64,000 nucleotides of DNA from an uncultured Bacteriovoracaceae bacterium (GTDB taxonomy: Bacteria; Desulfobacterota; Desulfomonilia; UBA1062). The stretch is from NCBI GenBank assembly GCA_964388905.1, contig CAYMDG010000001.1, positions 7,686 to 71,685 on the forward strand, written 5' to 3'. Positions 29,332 to 39,604 of the stretch are shown piece by piece (position 1 is the first letter of the stretch; each line of letters begins with the position of its first letter). The notes beneath the pieces are model-generated. The model did no database searches. It saw nothing but the letters and a program-made list of their open reading frames with translations, and had not been told where the DNA came from. The translations under genes and the position numbers were made by a program.

Positions 29332-29375
29332 AAAAAAGGAATGGGAGAGATCGTGTCCCTTCCATTCCTTTCATG
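29332..29375. terminator. Bidirectional rho-independent terminator between convergent genes.
   Basis: AAAAAAA-GGAATGGGA-gagatcgtg-TCCCttCCATTCC-TTTCAT. An imperfect ~10-bp stem with an A-tract and a T-tract, located between the stops of 27124..29175 (+) and 29414..30418 (-). Confidence 0.55.
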
Positions 29376-29413
29376 GTTAACGTCAATCAGAATTATTGAT
29401 GCATGTCACCTGC

Positions 29414-30418
29414 TTAGTGAGCCCAGATGTCTATCCAGCTTCCGCTGCCGATATCAAGGTTAAACCCTGAGATGAAGATATCCCCGAGCGTTCCGGCATT
29501 GGGACCGGCCAGAGTGTGAAGGTCGGAAAGCCTCACATTTGCCGTGATCGGACCCGCTACATTTACATTGAACAGGTTCGGGAAGGAGATGTGGCATATC
29601 GTCAGAGAGGGTGCCCCATGGTTGTAGACCCCTGCCAGCTGGTTGGCAACGTCGATTGCAACGGTGCCGGTGATGGAGATCGGGCCGCCGATTGAAAGGT
29701 TCTGGAGACCGATGTAACCCCGCGTGCTGTTCGTCCCGCCTGCCATCCAGACAACCCCGCCGGTTCCCGTGTTTCCACCGGGCAGGCCGTCAACGTCACC
29801 CCATGCGATGTAGCTCAAATTGAACTGGTCAATGATGATGTTCAAGTCCATCGACACGCCGCTGCCGCCATGGGAGTAGATATCAACATAGCTGTCGGGA
29901 TTAAAGTATATACCCATTGCGCCGATGACAACTGTCCCGAGTAGCTGGTTGATGGTATAGGTCGGTCCCATGGCAACCCCGATAGCTATTTGATTCATGG
30001 TGATCTGAAGGGCGCCGAGCCCGAAGCGCACGAAGGTGCGGCCGGCTGCATTGGAGCTGCCAACATCGATGGTGATGGGCTTCAGGTAAGCAGTTCCGTA
30101 AGAGCCTGAATAGACCGTGCCGTAACCGACGCCGTAATGATCGGTTTCACGGGCCTTGATCCTGAGGTTGGTGATGTCGAACCATCTGACTCCGACATAT
30201 CCTCTGCCGTTGATGCCGGCGGTGGGCCAATATGCATTTACGCCGTCTGCGTCACCCCAGGCCAAGGTTCCGATGCCGATGTTCATCGTCAGGTCGGCAT
30301 TGATGCTCACGCCGGACTGGCCGGTGACATTCGACAGGTCGGAATCAGTGACCGGGGTCATGGCCCAGACGGAAAGGGGTAATAATAGTATTACCAGAAT
30401 AGTAACAACTCTCTTCAT
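29414..30418 (-). CDS. Secreted beta-rich repeat protein, full-length paralog of the window-start gene.
   Basis: Start re-set to the MKRVVTILVILLLPLSVWA signal peptide (RBS AAGGAG upstream). Mature N-terminus MTPVTDSDLSNVTGQSG. Internal duplicated AWGD.DG segments. C-terminus GSWIDIWAH identical to gene 1. Confidence 0.6.
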   Translation of the reverse strand: MKRVVTILVILLLPLSVWAMTPVTDSDLSNVTGQSGVSINADLTMNIGIGTLAWGDADGVNAYWPTAGINGRGYVGVRWFDITNLRIKARETDHYGVGYGTVYSGSYGTAYLKPITIDVGSSNAAGRTFVRFGLGALQITMNQIAIGVAMGPTYTINQLLGTVVIGAMGIYFNPDSYVDIYSHGGSGVSMDLNIIIDQFNLSYIAWGDVDGLPGGNTGTGGVVWMAGGTNSTRGYIGLQNLSIGGPISITGTVAIDVANQLAGVYNHGAPSLTICHISFPNLFNVNVAGPITANVRLSDLHTLAGPNAGTLGDIFISGFNLDIGSGSWIDIWAH

Positions 30419-30616
30419 AATGGTGCTCCTTTTGCCTAGATGCTCGTTAACGTATTGTTTATTTTGTTTAAATGTTGGTGAGTTCACCCGGTGGTACACT
30501 GCCTTCGGAAAGATAATCCTTTGAACAACCGGGAATCTCGCCCAGTCCAACGATAACAAGGATATAATATTAATGCAATATAAGTACCAAAAATACAAAA
30601 AAAAGAAAAACAGCAA

Positions 30617-30879
30617 AATAAGTAACTTATGATAATTTAATTAAATTAAAAATACAGAGTGATGAAAACAAGTAATGATTAATGGAAAATAAATTCCGCT
30701 CATGTGAGAAAACGATTGGAGCCTGACTCATTCGGAAGGCCAGAGGTATTTGGACGGTTAAAGCAGATGTTAAGGAAAAAAACGACCACATTCCTTAAGA
30801 CCTGATCAGTGATGACACCTGGGAGGATACAATTTCTCCAGTTGTGAAGAAGCGAATTTTCATTTAAAGCTGTACTATT
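30617..30879. promoter_or_regulatory. AT-rich divergent intergenic region, likely carrying promoters for 29414..30418 (-) and 30880..32301 (+).
   Basis: A 260-bp non-coding stretch with long A/T runs (aaaaaagaaaaacagcaaaataagtaacttatgataatttaattaaattaaaaataca) between divergently oriented genes. Confidence 0.35.
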
Positions 30880-32301
30880 ATGCTTTTTAATTACTGGTTC
30901 ATCTTTGTTGTGATTCTGGCCCTTCCGGTCTACTACTCCCTTTCGCGGATATGGCAGAACGCATTTCTGATTGCTGCGAGCTATGCCTTCTACAGCTACT
31001 GGGACTACCGGTTCCTCTCCCTCATCGTCATATCGACGGTGTTCAATTTCTATTTCGGCTCGAAGATCCATGCATCCCGGAACCCGGCGACGAAAAGGAC
31101 ATGGTTACTCATCAGCCTGGTTCTCAACCTGGGCATCCTGGGATTCTTCAAATACTACAACTTCTTCATAACCTCATTTACTGCCGCGTTCCAGCCCTTT
31201 GGATTCGTGCCCCAGGCAAGCATATTGAAAATCATATTACCCCTGGGGATCAGTTTCTTTACGTTCAAGATCATGGGCTACCTCATCGATGTTTACCGGG
31301 ACAGGCAGACGCCCGCTGACATTGTTTCCTTCGCTTTGTTCGTGGGCTATTTCCCCGAGATATCGGCAGGGCCCATAGGAAGGGCCGGCACCTTTCTGCC
31401 CCAGATAGACAAGAAACGGACCTTTGCACAGGAACGGATATTTGCCGGCCTGCAGCTCATCCTGCTCGGCTATTTCAAGAAGAAGGTGATAGCGGACGCG
31501 GTGGCGCCCTATGTGGACCAGTTGTTCACGGAGACAGGGCAATTCATGAGCCTCGATCTCCTGTGCGGGATGTACCTTTACACCATCCAGATCTATGCGG
31601 ACTTTTCGGGCTACACGGACTTAGTAAGGGGCATCAGCAAGCTGCTGGGCATAGAGATCATGGAGAATTTCAAGCAGCCATACCTCTCGCGGAACATCGC
31701 CGAATTCTGGAGGAGATGGCACATCTCCCTGTCCACCTGGCTCAGGGACTACCTCTACATACCCCTGGGAGGCAGCCGCAGGGGCAATGCCCGGACATAC
31801 GCGAACATCATGGTCACCATGCTCCTGTGCGGCCTCTGGCACGGGGCCTCATGGGTGTTCGTGGCCTGGGGAGGCTTGCACGGGGTTTACATCGTGGTCA
31901 ACCGGTTTTTCAGGGACGGCGTGAAGAAGACTGCCTCAGCCAGGGAAGAAGGGCAGGGCATTATAAGGTCCGCAGTGTCGGTTTTCATAACGTTCCATGT
32001 GGTCGCCCTGGCCTGGATATTTTTCCGGGCACCTGATTTCAGCACGGCATGGACATACATCTCTTCCCTGGCGGATATGTCGCGTTTCGGGTATGTGTCG
32101 TCCTCGCTCATACTGATTACGCTCTTTTATGTGGTCCTGACCCTGGTAATTGATCTCCCCATGTACAGATCGAACAGGGAACTGCTCGTAACACATGAAA
32201 CCCCATGGCCCTGGCGGGCAGTGGTGTATGCCCTGCTCATCCTGTGCATCTCATTCCTGGGCGAAGCGTATGTCCAGCCGTTCATCTACTTCCAGTTCTG
32301 A
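30880..32301 (+). CDS. MBOAT-family membrane O-acyltransferase (AlgI/DltB-like).
   Basis: Canonical MBOAT core WHISLSTWLRDYLYIPLGGSRRG...LLCGLWHGASWVFVAWGGLHG, ~470 aa, multi-TM. Confidence 0.85.
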   Translation: MLFNYWFIFVVILALPVYYSLSRIWQNAFLIAASYAFYSYWDYRFLSLIVISTVFNFYFGSKIHASRNPATKRTWLLISLVLNLGILGFFKYYNFFITSFTAAFQPFGFVPQASILKIILPLGISFFTFKIMGYLIDVYRDRQTPADIVSFALFVGYFPEISAGPIGRAGTFLPQIDKKRTFAQERIFAGLQLILLGYFKKKVIADAVAPYVDQLFTETGQFMSLDLLCGMYLYTIQIYADFSGYTDLVRGISKLLGIEIMENFKQPYLSRNIAEFWRRWHISLSTWLRDYLYIPLGGSRRGNARTYANIMVTMLLCGLWHGASWVFVAWGGLHGVYIVVNRFFRDGVKKTASAREEGQGIIRSAVSVFITFHVVALAWIFFRAPDFSTAWTYISSLADMSRFGYVSSSLILITLFYVVLTLVIDLPMYRSNRELLVTHETPWPWRAVVYALLILCISFLGEAYVQPFIYFQF

Positions 32302-32314
32302 TACGGGCAAACAC

Positions 32315-33814
32315 ATGAGCCAATCCTTCAAAGTCATGATCTTAACTCTTTTCATCCTGGCCTGTGCCGGTGGCGCCCTTTCCTTGAGCCGGGATGTATT
32401 GGAGAAGATATCTCCAAGATCTTTTATGACACCTGTCTTCTCATATCTTGAAACAAAGAAACCGAATGATTTACAGGCTGTTTTCCTGGGGAGTTCTCGT
32501 ATTCAATCCTGTATCAAAAGGGATCTCTTTGCCACGTTGACAGGTATTGAGCAGTCGAAGATCCTTCTCCTCGAAGTTGATGGTTCCGGCACCTGGGAAG
32601 AATTCTCTATCTGCAGGAGATTTCCAGGTTTGCTTGACTCTGCACCTCTGGTCATTATCGAGGTAGAACCTTGGATGTTCAACAATAATTATTTCTCCCA
32701 GGGAGGCACTCTCTTCATTCAACCGGGCTTTTACCAATGGGCTACTATTCAGGATAGACTTGAGTTCCCGGACCTGAAGATCAGGGCTCTCTCAACCGTA
32801 GATTATATCTGGCCCATTTCCGAGCGACGTTCTCTTCAGGGATGGAGCAGCGTCATTGATGGATTCATTCATAAAAGATATCCAGAACCGATGAACCCGG
32901 ACGATATCCCCAAATACCACTACGATGCAGCTGCATACAGGAAGGTTGCGGAAGAACCGAAAGGCACGGCCCAGTTTCAAGCACACGCCGCTCTGAATAA
33001 TTTCGAATTTTCCAGTTATAAAGCGGAATATCTTGAGCGCCTTGTGCGTCTGGCAGAAAAAAAATCAAAGAAGATAGTACTCCTGCAGCCTCCATTGCAA
33101 AATGAGTATATCGACATAATGTTTGATAACCCGAAGTATCTCGAAGGGCACATACGGGTAATTAAGTTTTTGCACAGCCTTGAGAACAAGAATGTCAGCA
33201 CCATAATATGGGAGAGGCCTGAAGACTGCGGCCTGAACGACGCCGTGTTCATTGATTATGGGCATTTCAACAGGGAAGGGGCGTATATGTTTACGCAAAG
33301 GCTGTACAATGAGCTGAACAGCCGGGGCCTTACCGAAACCCATGACCCTGTTGGAACGTCATCCGATACCGAACTTAAGGGGAATATCCTGAAGCTTGAG
33401 AAATTTGTACAGGTGCATCCTGGGGATTACGATGCGCTCCACCAACTGGGGAACCTGTATTACCGGATAAACATTGACAAGGCCCTTGATTACTATCAGG
33501 CGGCATTGCTGATACGTCCGGAATCGATGAAGACCATGGAAAAAATAGTCATGTTGTACTCAAAAAAAGGTGATTATGAAATATCGCTTGCTGTTCTTAA
33601 CCGTATGCAAGCATTGCACCCGGAAAACGCGAACACCTACTACAATATCGCATGTATAAAGGCAAAGCAGAACAGGCACAGTGAGTCTGTCGAATGGTTG
33701 AAGAAGGCAGTATCGAAAGGATTTCATGACCGAAGTCTTTTAGTGACTGATAAAGATCTGGATAATATTAAAGGGGATCCGGGGTATATTGGCCTGTTGA
33801 AGAGCTCCAATTGA
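32315..33814 (+). CDS. Membrane-anchored SGNH-like (AlgJ/AlgX/DltD-type) partner protein fused to the C-terminal TPR cap.
   Basis: Start re-set to the ATG 11 nt after the MBOAT stop (MSQSFKVMILTLFILACAG); the track's longer N-extension is an out-of-frame read of the MBOAT tail. Motifs AVFLGSSR (GDS-like) and FIDYGHFN (DxxH). Cap YYNIACIKAKQNRHSESVEWLKKAVSKGF. Confidence 0.55.
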   Translation: MSQSFKVMILTLFILACAGGALSLSRDVLEKISPRSFMTPVFSYLETKKPNDLQAVFLGSSRIQSCIKRDLFATLTGIEQSKILLLEVDGSGTWEEFSICRRFPGLLDSAPLVIIEVEPWMFNNNYFSQGGTLFIQPGFYQWATIQDRLEFPDLKIRALSTVDYIWPISERRSLQGWSSVIDGFIHKRYPEPMNPDDIPKYHYDAAAYRKVAEEPKGTAQFQAHAALNNFEFSSYKAEYLERLVRLAEKKSKKIVLLQPPLQNEYIDIMFDNPKYLEGHIRVIKFLHSLENKNVSTIIWERPEDCGLNDAVFIDYGHFNREGAYMFTQRLYNELNSRGLTETHDPVGTSSDTELKGNILKLEKFVQVHPGDYDALHQLGNLYYRINIDKALDYYQAALLIRPESMKTMEKIVMLYSKKGDYEISLAVLNRMQALHPENANTYYNIACIKAKQNRHSESVEWLKKAVSKGFHDRSLLVTDKDLDNIKGDPGYIGLLKSSN

Positions 33815-33880
33815 ATCTTCGGATGGATCACGCTTTATGTGTCAAACAATACATTCCCAGTAAGGATATCAAGCGAGATC

Positions 33881-33970
33881 ATGAAAAATATCAAGTATGC
33901 CGTGCTCTTCCTGTGCATCTCGTTCCTGGGTGAAACGTATGTCAAGCCATTCATCTACTTACAGTTCTGA
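33881..33970 (+). pseudogene. Duplicated remnant of the MBOAT gene 3' end, marking a tandem-duplication junction.
   Basis: tatgccgtgctcttcctgtgcatctcgttcctgggtgaaacgtatgtcaagccattcatctacttacagttctga differs at only ~9 positions from the last 75 nt of 30880..32301. Encodes ..YAVLFLCISFLGETYVKPFIYLQF*. Confidence 0.65.
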
Positions 33971-33974
33971 CGCC

Positions 33975-35384
33975 ATGAAGAATATGCCCGAGTCTTTAAA
34001 AGTTGCTCTGGTCACCTGTGCGATACTAATTATTATATGTATTCCGCTGTCCATCAATCGGGAGCCGTTGGAGAAGGTCACACAGCGGTCGAACCTGACA
34101 ATGATCTTTTCCTTTCTCGACCGTTATAAACCTCATGATCTGAAAGCGATATTCTTTGGAAGTTCCCGTTTTGTTTACTGCATTAAAAGCGATATTTTTG
34201 CTAGGCAGATGGGGATAGATCAGTCGAAAGTGATCAATCTCGCCACCGAGGGCGGAGGAGCCTGGGAAGAGTTGCTTGTCTGCAGAAAATACCCCGGATT
34301 GATCAACTCGTCTTCCCTGGTCGTCATCGAGGTGGAGCCATGGATGTTCAACATGAATCCGATTCACCCTATCTATAAAAGACCTCATCCTTTCGAGTCT
34401 CATTTTTATATGTGGGCAACTCTTCAGGAACGGTGGGAGTACCCGGACTTGAAAACAAGGGTTCTCCTTCTGGCAGATTACGTATGGCCCTTTTCCGAGC
34501 GCCGTTCTCTCATGGACTGGGGTTCTGCTCTTCGTTTAATCATCAAAGCGCCCTATGCAGATCCGCACCTAAGTCTCCCGGTATATCAGTTCGATCCCCA
34601 AGCTTATCAGGCAATGGCGAACGACCCTAACTTTACAGCAGGTCAGATTACCCGCTATCAACTGAATGATTTCAAATTTGCCCCATACAAGGCCGAGTAT
34701 TTCAAGCGCCTGATCAAACTTGCTGAGAAGAACGCAAAGAAGATAGTCCTCCTGCAGCCACCGGTTCGCAAGGAATATATCGAAGCAATCTATAATAACC
34801 CCAAGTATTTCAATACCTATATACAGTATGTGCAGTTCATCCACGGCCTGGAAAATGAAAAGATCAGTTCTATAATCTGGCAGACACCTGAAGACTGCGG
34901 ATTGAACGAGTCCATATTCATTGATTATGGCCACTTCAACGCACAGGGAGCACATGTCTTTACGCAAAGATTATCTCAGGAACTGAAAGCTTCAGGGTTT
35001 GCAGGAACAGATACAGCCGGCGGTACAGGGCCGGCAAGTAATGGACAAGATGATATACGCAGGTTCGTAGAGGCACTGAAAACCAACCCGGACTCAATAA
35101 CTGTCATGCAGTCGTTGGCGATAGCCTACTCGAATAATGGAGATTATGAAAACGCACTCAGGGTGCTTAATAAAATGAGAGAAATCCACCCGAATAAAGC
35201 GGACATTTACTATAATATCTCGTGCATAAAGGCAAAGCAGGGCAGTTTGAAAGAGTCTGTTGAATGGTTGAGGCTGGCTCTTTCAAAAGGTTTCAAAAAC
35301 CGCAGCCTCCTGGTGACGGATAAAGACCTGGACGCCATTAAAGGTACTCAGGGGTTCAGGGAGATAGTGCAGAAAATGAATTAG
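33975..35384 (+). CDS. Second SGNH-like partner paralog with TPR cap (tandem duplicate of 32315..33814).
   Basis: Start set at MKNMPESLKVALVTCAILIIICIP, downstream of the MBOAT-tail remnant. It has the same FFGSSR, FIDYGHFN and cap motifs (YYNISCIKAKQGSLKESVEWLRLALSKGF). Confidence 0.55.
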   Translation: MKNMPESLKVALVTCAILIIICIPLSINREPLEKVTQRSNLTMIFSFLDRYKPHDLKAIFFGSSRFVYCIKSDIFARQMGIDQSKVINLATEGGGAWEELLVCRKYPGLINSSSLVVIEVEPWMFNMNPIHPIYKRPHPFESHFYMWATLQERWEYPDLKTRVLLLADYVWPFSERRSLMDWGSALRLIIKAPYADPHLSLPVYQFDPQAYQAMANDPNFTAGQITRYQLNDFKFAPYKAEYFKRLIKLAEKNAKKIVLLQPPVRKEYIEAIYNNPKYFNTYIQYVQFIHGLENEKISSIIWQTPEDCGLNESIFIDYGHFNAQGAHVFTQRLSQELKASGFAGTDTAGGTGPASNGQDDIRRFVEALKTNPDSITVMQSLAIAYSNNGDYENALRVLNKMREIHPNKADIYYNISCIKAKQGSLKESVEWLRLALSKGFKNRSLLVTDKDLDAIKGTQGFREIVQKMN

Positions 35385-36049
35385 CGGGTCTTTATGTCCA
35401 CCCAGCTGTTCGGACGGATGGTAGAGTTCGTATCATTGGTGTAATAAGTGCGAAGCAGGGTGTTCCCGTCAGGTTTGACATGGACGATGACAGGGGAATT
35501 TGAACTGGTCGAGAGGCCGGTCGGATAGACAAAGCTGCGCGTCGGTTTATCACTGATAGTGTATTGGTTGTGATCGTCAGCAGAGGAGCCAATTGTATAG
35601 GCGTCTTTCAGGGTGATCGGATCGATCAGGAAGTTTTTGATGCTTTTATCATCATTTCTATTACCTGAAGACACATAGAAGAATGAGAACCGGTTAAAGG
35701 CTTCGGATTCTTCCGCTGCCTCAACGGCACTATCAGGGAGCTGAAGGCGGGCTTTGCTCCAACGTTTGATGGCGAACAGCAGGAACCTGCTCATGTCGCC
35801 ATCATCCCAATCCATGGTTTCATTGTTGATATCTGTTACCTGCACGGGATTGATGCTCAGGCTGAGAGGGTTGTTGACATTGCCAAGGTCTAAATCCGTC
35901 AGGGGCGTCATGGCCCACACTGACAGAGGGAACAGCAGCCAGATCCAGAAAATAATAATCTTCTTCAACAACACGTCTGTCCTCATCATGGGATATTGCA
36001 TACAATACACACTTTTATGTGTTGAAAATATAAGCAATATAAATGCCAT
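35381..36049 (-). CDS. Short secreted protein of the same family (shares the N-terminal LSVWAMTPLTDLDLGNV motif).
   Basis: Signal peptide IIIFWIWLLFPLSVWA followed by MTPLTDLDLGNVNNP. C-terminus ..SWVDIKTR resembles SWIDIWAH. The exact start Met is ambiguous (MQYPMM). Confidence 0.5.
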   Translation of the reverse strand: MAFILLIFSTHKSVYCMQYPMMRTDVLLKKIIIFWIWLLFPLSVWAMTPLTDLDLGNVNNPLSLSINPVQVTDINNETMDWDDGDMSRFLLFAIKRWSKARLQLPDSAVEAAEESEAFNRFSFFYVSSGNRNDDKSIKNFLIDPITLKDAYTIGSSADDHNQYTISDKPTRSFVYPTGLSTSSNSPVIVHVKPDGNTLLRTYYTNDTNSTIRPNSWVDIKTR

Positions 36050-36216
36050 GATACATCATGCATAAATTCAGCTGGTTGAATTCCCGGGAGATGCATCAGT
36101 TCAATAAAAGGGTAAATAATATTACTCTTAAATGGAAATATATTGCTCCAGCAGTCAATGTTTGCCCTGCACAACGTCGTAACAGGGAACAGGGTCATGA
36201 CCTATGAAACGGAACC

Positions 36217-37314
36217 TTATTCGTCCTTTTCCGAGACGATTTCCCGGGAATGCAAGCCTGCCTGCATGAGGTTCACACCTGTCACCCATGCAGAAAAGAT
36301 CCCGATCACGATGAGCGGTGCGATGGCCAGGAAATGGTTCGTGAGCGTCAGCCCTGCGGCCTCTGTCTTGGGAACCCCGAAGATCATCAGGCCATAGATG
36401 CCGCCAACCTCCCAGATGCCCCAGTAGCCGGGCACCGAGGGCAGCATGATGAAAAAGCACATGATGATGATGGATGCCGAAGCCTGGAGAAAGGTGATTT
36501 TTACGCCCTGGCAGCCGAAGGTGAATATATAAAATGCATAAAAGGTCATCAACCACACCACCACGGAAAGACCGAGGCAGGCGAGAATCTTGGATGGTTT
36601 TTTCAGCACCTCAAAACCCAGGGCAATATTGTCCAGGACAGCCTGCGAACGCGAGTGCAGCCTCTCGGACATGCGCTGCCGGAAATGGGACGACGTGAAA
36701 AAGAGCAGTTTCGGCAGCCAGGAGATGAAGCGGCCTAATGCACGCCTGGTAACGGGCAGCATGAACATGAAGATAAGGGTCAACAGCACCATGCCGGCAA
36801 CCATGGTCTTTGACCGTATGCCCAGAAGCGTTGCCTGGTTTATCTGGTGGCCATTGAAGCTGAGGCTCAAGGATGGATCGATCTCGATGCTGCCCATGAT
36901 GAGGACAAAGAGGCAGAGCAGGGTTGCGATATCGAAGATCCTCTCTACGGCGACGGTTGCAAGCACTTTTGAAAAATCCACCTTGTCCCTCTTGTAGAGG
37001 ATAGCCGGCCTTGCAAGCTCGCCCAGCCGGCCAGGAAGAATGCAATTGATGGTGAACCCTATGACAAGGGGATGGAAGGCATGCCAGAAACCGATCTTCT
37101 TGATTGGTTTCAAGATGATCTTCCATCTCAGCGCCCTGACCAGGTAGGTGGATTGTGCGATAAGCGCAGAGGGTATGATCCACCAGAAGTTGATGGTTTT
37201 TATATAATCCAGGAGCTCTGCAATGGGGACATTCCTGAAGGAGATATACACAGCCGCACCGGAGAAGACGATGCCGATCATGAGTGAGAGGAGGATCTTT
37301 CTATTCTGCTGCAT
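36217..37314 (-). CDS. UPF0104 / lysylphosphatidylglycerol-synthase-TM-like 'flippase-like' membrane protein.
   Basis: 8 TM helices and the family motif ILPGRLGELARP, ~365 aa. It is commonly co-encoded with lipid-linked glycosyltransferases. Confidence 0.65.
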   Translation of the reverse strand: MQQNRKILLSLMIGIVFSGAAVYISFRNVPIAELLDYIKTINFWWIIPSALIAQSTYLVRALRWKIILKPIKKIGFWHAFHPLVIGFTINCILPGRLGELARPAILYKRDKVDFSKVLATVAVERIFDIATLLCLFVLIMGSIEIDPSLSLSFNGHQINQATLLGIRSKTMVAGMVLLTLIFMFMLPVTRRALGRFISWLPKLLFFTSSHFRQRMSERLHSRSQAVLDNIALGFEVLKKPSKILACLGLSVVVWLMTFYAFYIFTFGCQGVKITFLQASASIIIMCFFIMLPSVPGYWGIWEVGGIYGLMIFGVPKTEAAGLTLTNHFLAIAPLIVIGIFSAWVTGVNLMQAGLHSREIVSEKDE

Positions 37315-37542
37315 GTTTCTTTCACCAGTGATTGAGTCTGCGCGATCTTAATACAGGGAAGTATGGATTTGCAAATAAATTGGGTTAAGGGAATCAGGAC
37401 GAAGGTATAAGATTTCTTTCATCAAGGCCTGTGATCTTTAACCTGCCTTGCAGAAAACTTTTCCAGAGAGTGACAAAAAAACAGTTAAGTGATAATAGCT
37501 GTAGTTCCGAAGAGATAGTGTAAGTAACAGGGAGGGTGTGAA

Positions 37543-38661
37543 ATGAAGAAGGCCTTGATCACCGGCGTTACCGGCCAGGATGGTGCATATCTTTCTGAGT
37601 TTCTCCTGGGCAAGGGTTACATGGTGCACGGCATCAAGAGGAGGTCATCGAGTTTCAATACCTACCGCGTTGACCACCTCTATCAGGACCCGCACGACAA
37701 GGATGTGCGGTTTCTCATGCACTATGGCGACCTGACGGATTCCACGAATATAATCCGTATTATCCAGGATGTTGAACCCGATGAGATCTACAACCTGGGG
37801 GCCCAGAGCCATGTCCAGGTATCTTTCGAGACCCCGGAATACACTGCCCAGACGGATGCCTTGGGGACCTTGCGGGTGCTGGAGGCATTACGTATCCTGG
37901 GAATGGAGAAGAAGGTGCGGTTCTATCAGGCCTCAACCAGCGAGCTGTTCGGAAAAGTCCAAAAGATACCTCAGGATGAAGAGACGCCGTTTTACCCCAG
38001 GAGCCCTTATGCAGTGGCAAAGCTGTACGCCTTCTGGATAGCCGTGAATTACCGAGAGGCCTATGGCATGTATGCCTGCAACGGAATCCTCTTCAACCAC
38101 GAATCTCCCATCCGGGGCGAGACCTTTGTCACCAGAAAGGTGACCCGGGCGGCCAGCAGGATTGCACTGGGTTTGCAGACAAAGCTCTATGTGGGTAACC
38201 TGGGAGCGTTACGCGACTGGGGGCATGCAAAGGACTTTGTAAAGGCCCAGTGGCTCATGCTCCAGCAGGACACACCGCAGGACTTTGTCATAGCTACCGG
38301 CAGGCAGTATTCGGTGCGGCAGCTCTGTGATGAGGCCTTCTCAAGCGTTGGCATCGAGATCGACTGGCAGGGCACAGGTGTGGATGAAAAGGGTGTGGCC
38401 AGGTCGGTAAAGCCTCTTGAAGGGGAGACGAATGTCCGGCCGGGTGATGTGATCGTGCAGGTCGATCCGCATTATTTCAGGCCTACCGAGGTGGAGACAC
38501 TTCTGGGAGACCCAACCAAAGCGAAGAAGATCCTTGGTTGGGAACCGCAGATTACCTTCCAGGAGATGATCGCCGAGATGGTGGAGCACGACATACAGGA
38601 GACCAGGATGGATGTGCTCTGCAAGAACAGCGGCTTCACCGTCATGAACCGCCATGAATAG
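37543..38661 (+). CDS. gmd: GDP-mannose 4,6-dehydratase.
   Basis: Near-colinear identity to E. coli Gmd motifs ([55 protein letters not shown]). GGGAGGG RBS. Confidence 0.9.
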   Translation: MKKALITGVTGQDGAYLSEFLLGKGYMVHGIKRRSSSFNTYRVDHLYQDPHDKDVRFLMHYGDLTDSTNIIRIIQDVEPDEIYNLGAQSHVQVSFETPEYTAQTDALGTLRVLEALRILGMEKKVRFYQASTSELFGKVQKIPQDEETPFYPRSPYAVAKLYAFWIAVNYREAYGMYACNGILFNHESPIRGETFVTRKVTRAASRIALGLQTKLYVGNLGALRDWGHAKDFVKAQWLMLQQDTPQDFVIATGRQYSVRQLCDEAFSSVGIEIDWQGTGVDEKGVARSVKPLEGETNVRPGDVIVQVDPHYFRPTEVETLLGDPTKAKKILGWEPQITFQEMIAEMVEHDIQETRMDVLCKNSGFTVMNRHE

Positions 38662-39604
38662 GGACTCGAAGATTTTCATCGCCGGCCACACCGGCCTTGT
38701 GGGCTCTGCCATGAAAAGGAGGCTCGAGAATGAGGGCTATGGGAACCTCATCACCCGTTCCTGGCCTGACATGGACCTTACCAGCCAAAAGGATGTGGAT
38801 GAATTCTTTTCCCGGGAAAGGCCCGAATGCGTTTTTCTCTGTGCTGCCAGGGTGGGCGGGATCCTTGCCAACAGCACCTATCCGGCCGAGTTCATCTATC
38901 AGAATATCATGATTGCTACCAATGTCATCCATGCCAGCTATAAGCACGGGGTGAAAAAGCTCCTGAACCTCGGATCGTCCTGCATCTATCCAAAGCTTGC
39001 ACCGCAGCCTCTCAAAGAAGAATACCTTCTCACCGGCGAACTGGAACCCACCAATGAGCCCTATGCCATAGCCAAGATAACGGCCATCAAGATGTGCCGG
39101 TATTACAATCAGCAGTATGGGACGAATTATATCTCGGTTATGCCCACGAACCTCTTCGGACCCAATGACAATTTCAACCTTGAGACATCACATGTGCTGC
39201 CTGCTCTCATCAGGCGGTTTCACGAGGCAAAGGAGCAGGGGAAGGCCGCTGTAACCCTCTGGGGCACCGGCAGTCCCAGGCGTGAATTCCTCTATGTGGA
39301 CGACCTTGCGGGCGCCTGCGTGTATCTCATGAGCAGCTGTGATGCAGTAGCCATAGGCGAGTTCGTGAATATCGGGTCAGGCAGGGACATGACCATCAGC
39401 GAGCTCGCTGAACTCGTCAGCGGAATAATCGGATACCGCGGAGACATCCGATGGGATTCCACCAAGCCCGACGGCACACCCCAGAAGCTTCTGGATGTCA
39501 GCCGGATCGGCTCCCTTGGATGGAATGCAGGCACCAGCCTGAAAGAGGGCATTCAGAAGACTTATGCCTGGTATTTACATACAATCAACCGCACACAGGG
39601 ATGA
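38654..39604 (+). CDS. fcl: GDP-L-fucose synthase (GDP-4-keto-6-deoxymannose 3,5-epimerase/4-reductase).
   Basis: [13 protein letters not shown]..., [55 protein letters not shown]. 8-bp overlap with gmd. Confidence 0.9.
   Translation: MNRDSKIFIAGHTGLVGSAMKRRLENEGYGNLITRSWPDMDLTSQKDVDEFFSRERPECVFLCAARVGGILANSTYPAEFIYQNIMIATNVIHASYKHGVKKLLNLGSSCIYPKLAPQPLKEEYLLTGELEPTNEPYAIAKITAIKMCRYYNQQYGTNYISVMPTNLFGPNDNFNLETSHVLPALIRRFHEAKEQGKAAVTLWGTGSPRREFLYVDDLAGACVYLMSSCDAVAIGEFVNIGSGRDMTISELAELVSGIIGYRGDIRWDSTKPDGTPQKLLDVSRIGSLGWNAGTSLKEGIQKTYAWYLHTINRTQG

Noticed and set aside
32195-32314. N-terminal extensions MKPHGPGGQWCMPCSSCASHSW.. and MPCSSCASRSW.. (also 33897..33974) on the SGNH-like genes
   Set aside because: These are out-of-frame translations of the MBOAT 3' end and its duplicated remnant. 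The real starts are the ATGs at 32315 and 33975 that follow the in-frame MBOAT stop or pseudo-stop.
39451-39600. Upstream extension of the MT-GT2 ORF
   Set aside because: It overlaps the conserved C-terminus of fcl in another frame. The ATG at 39601 overlapping the fcl stop (ATGA) is the plausible coupled start.
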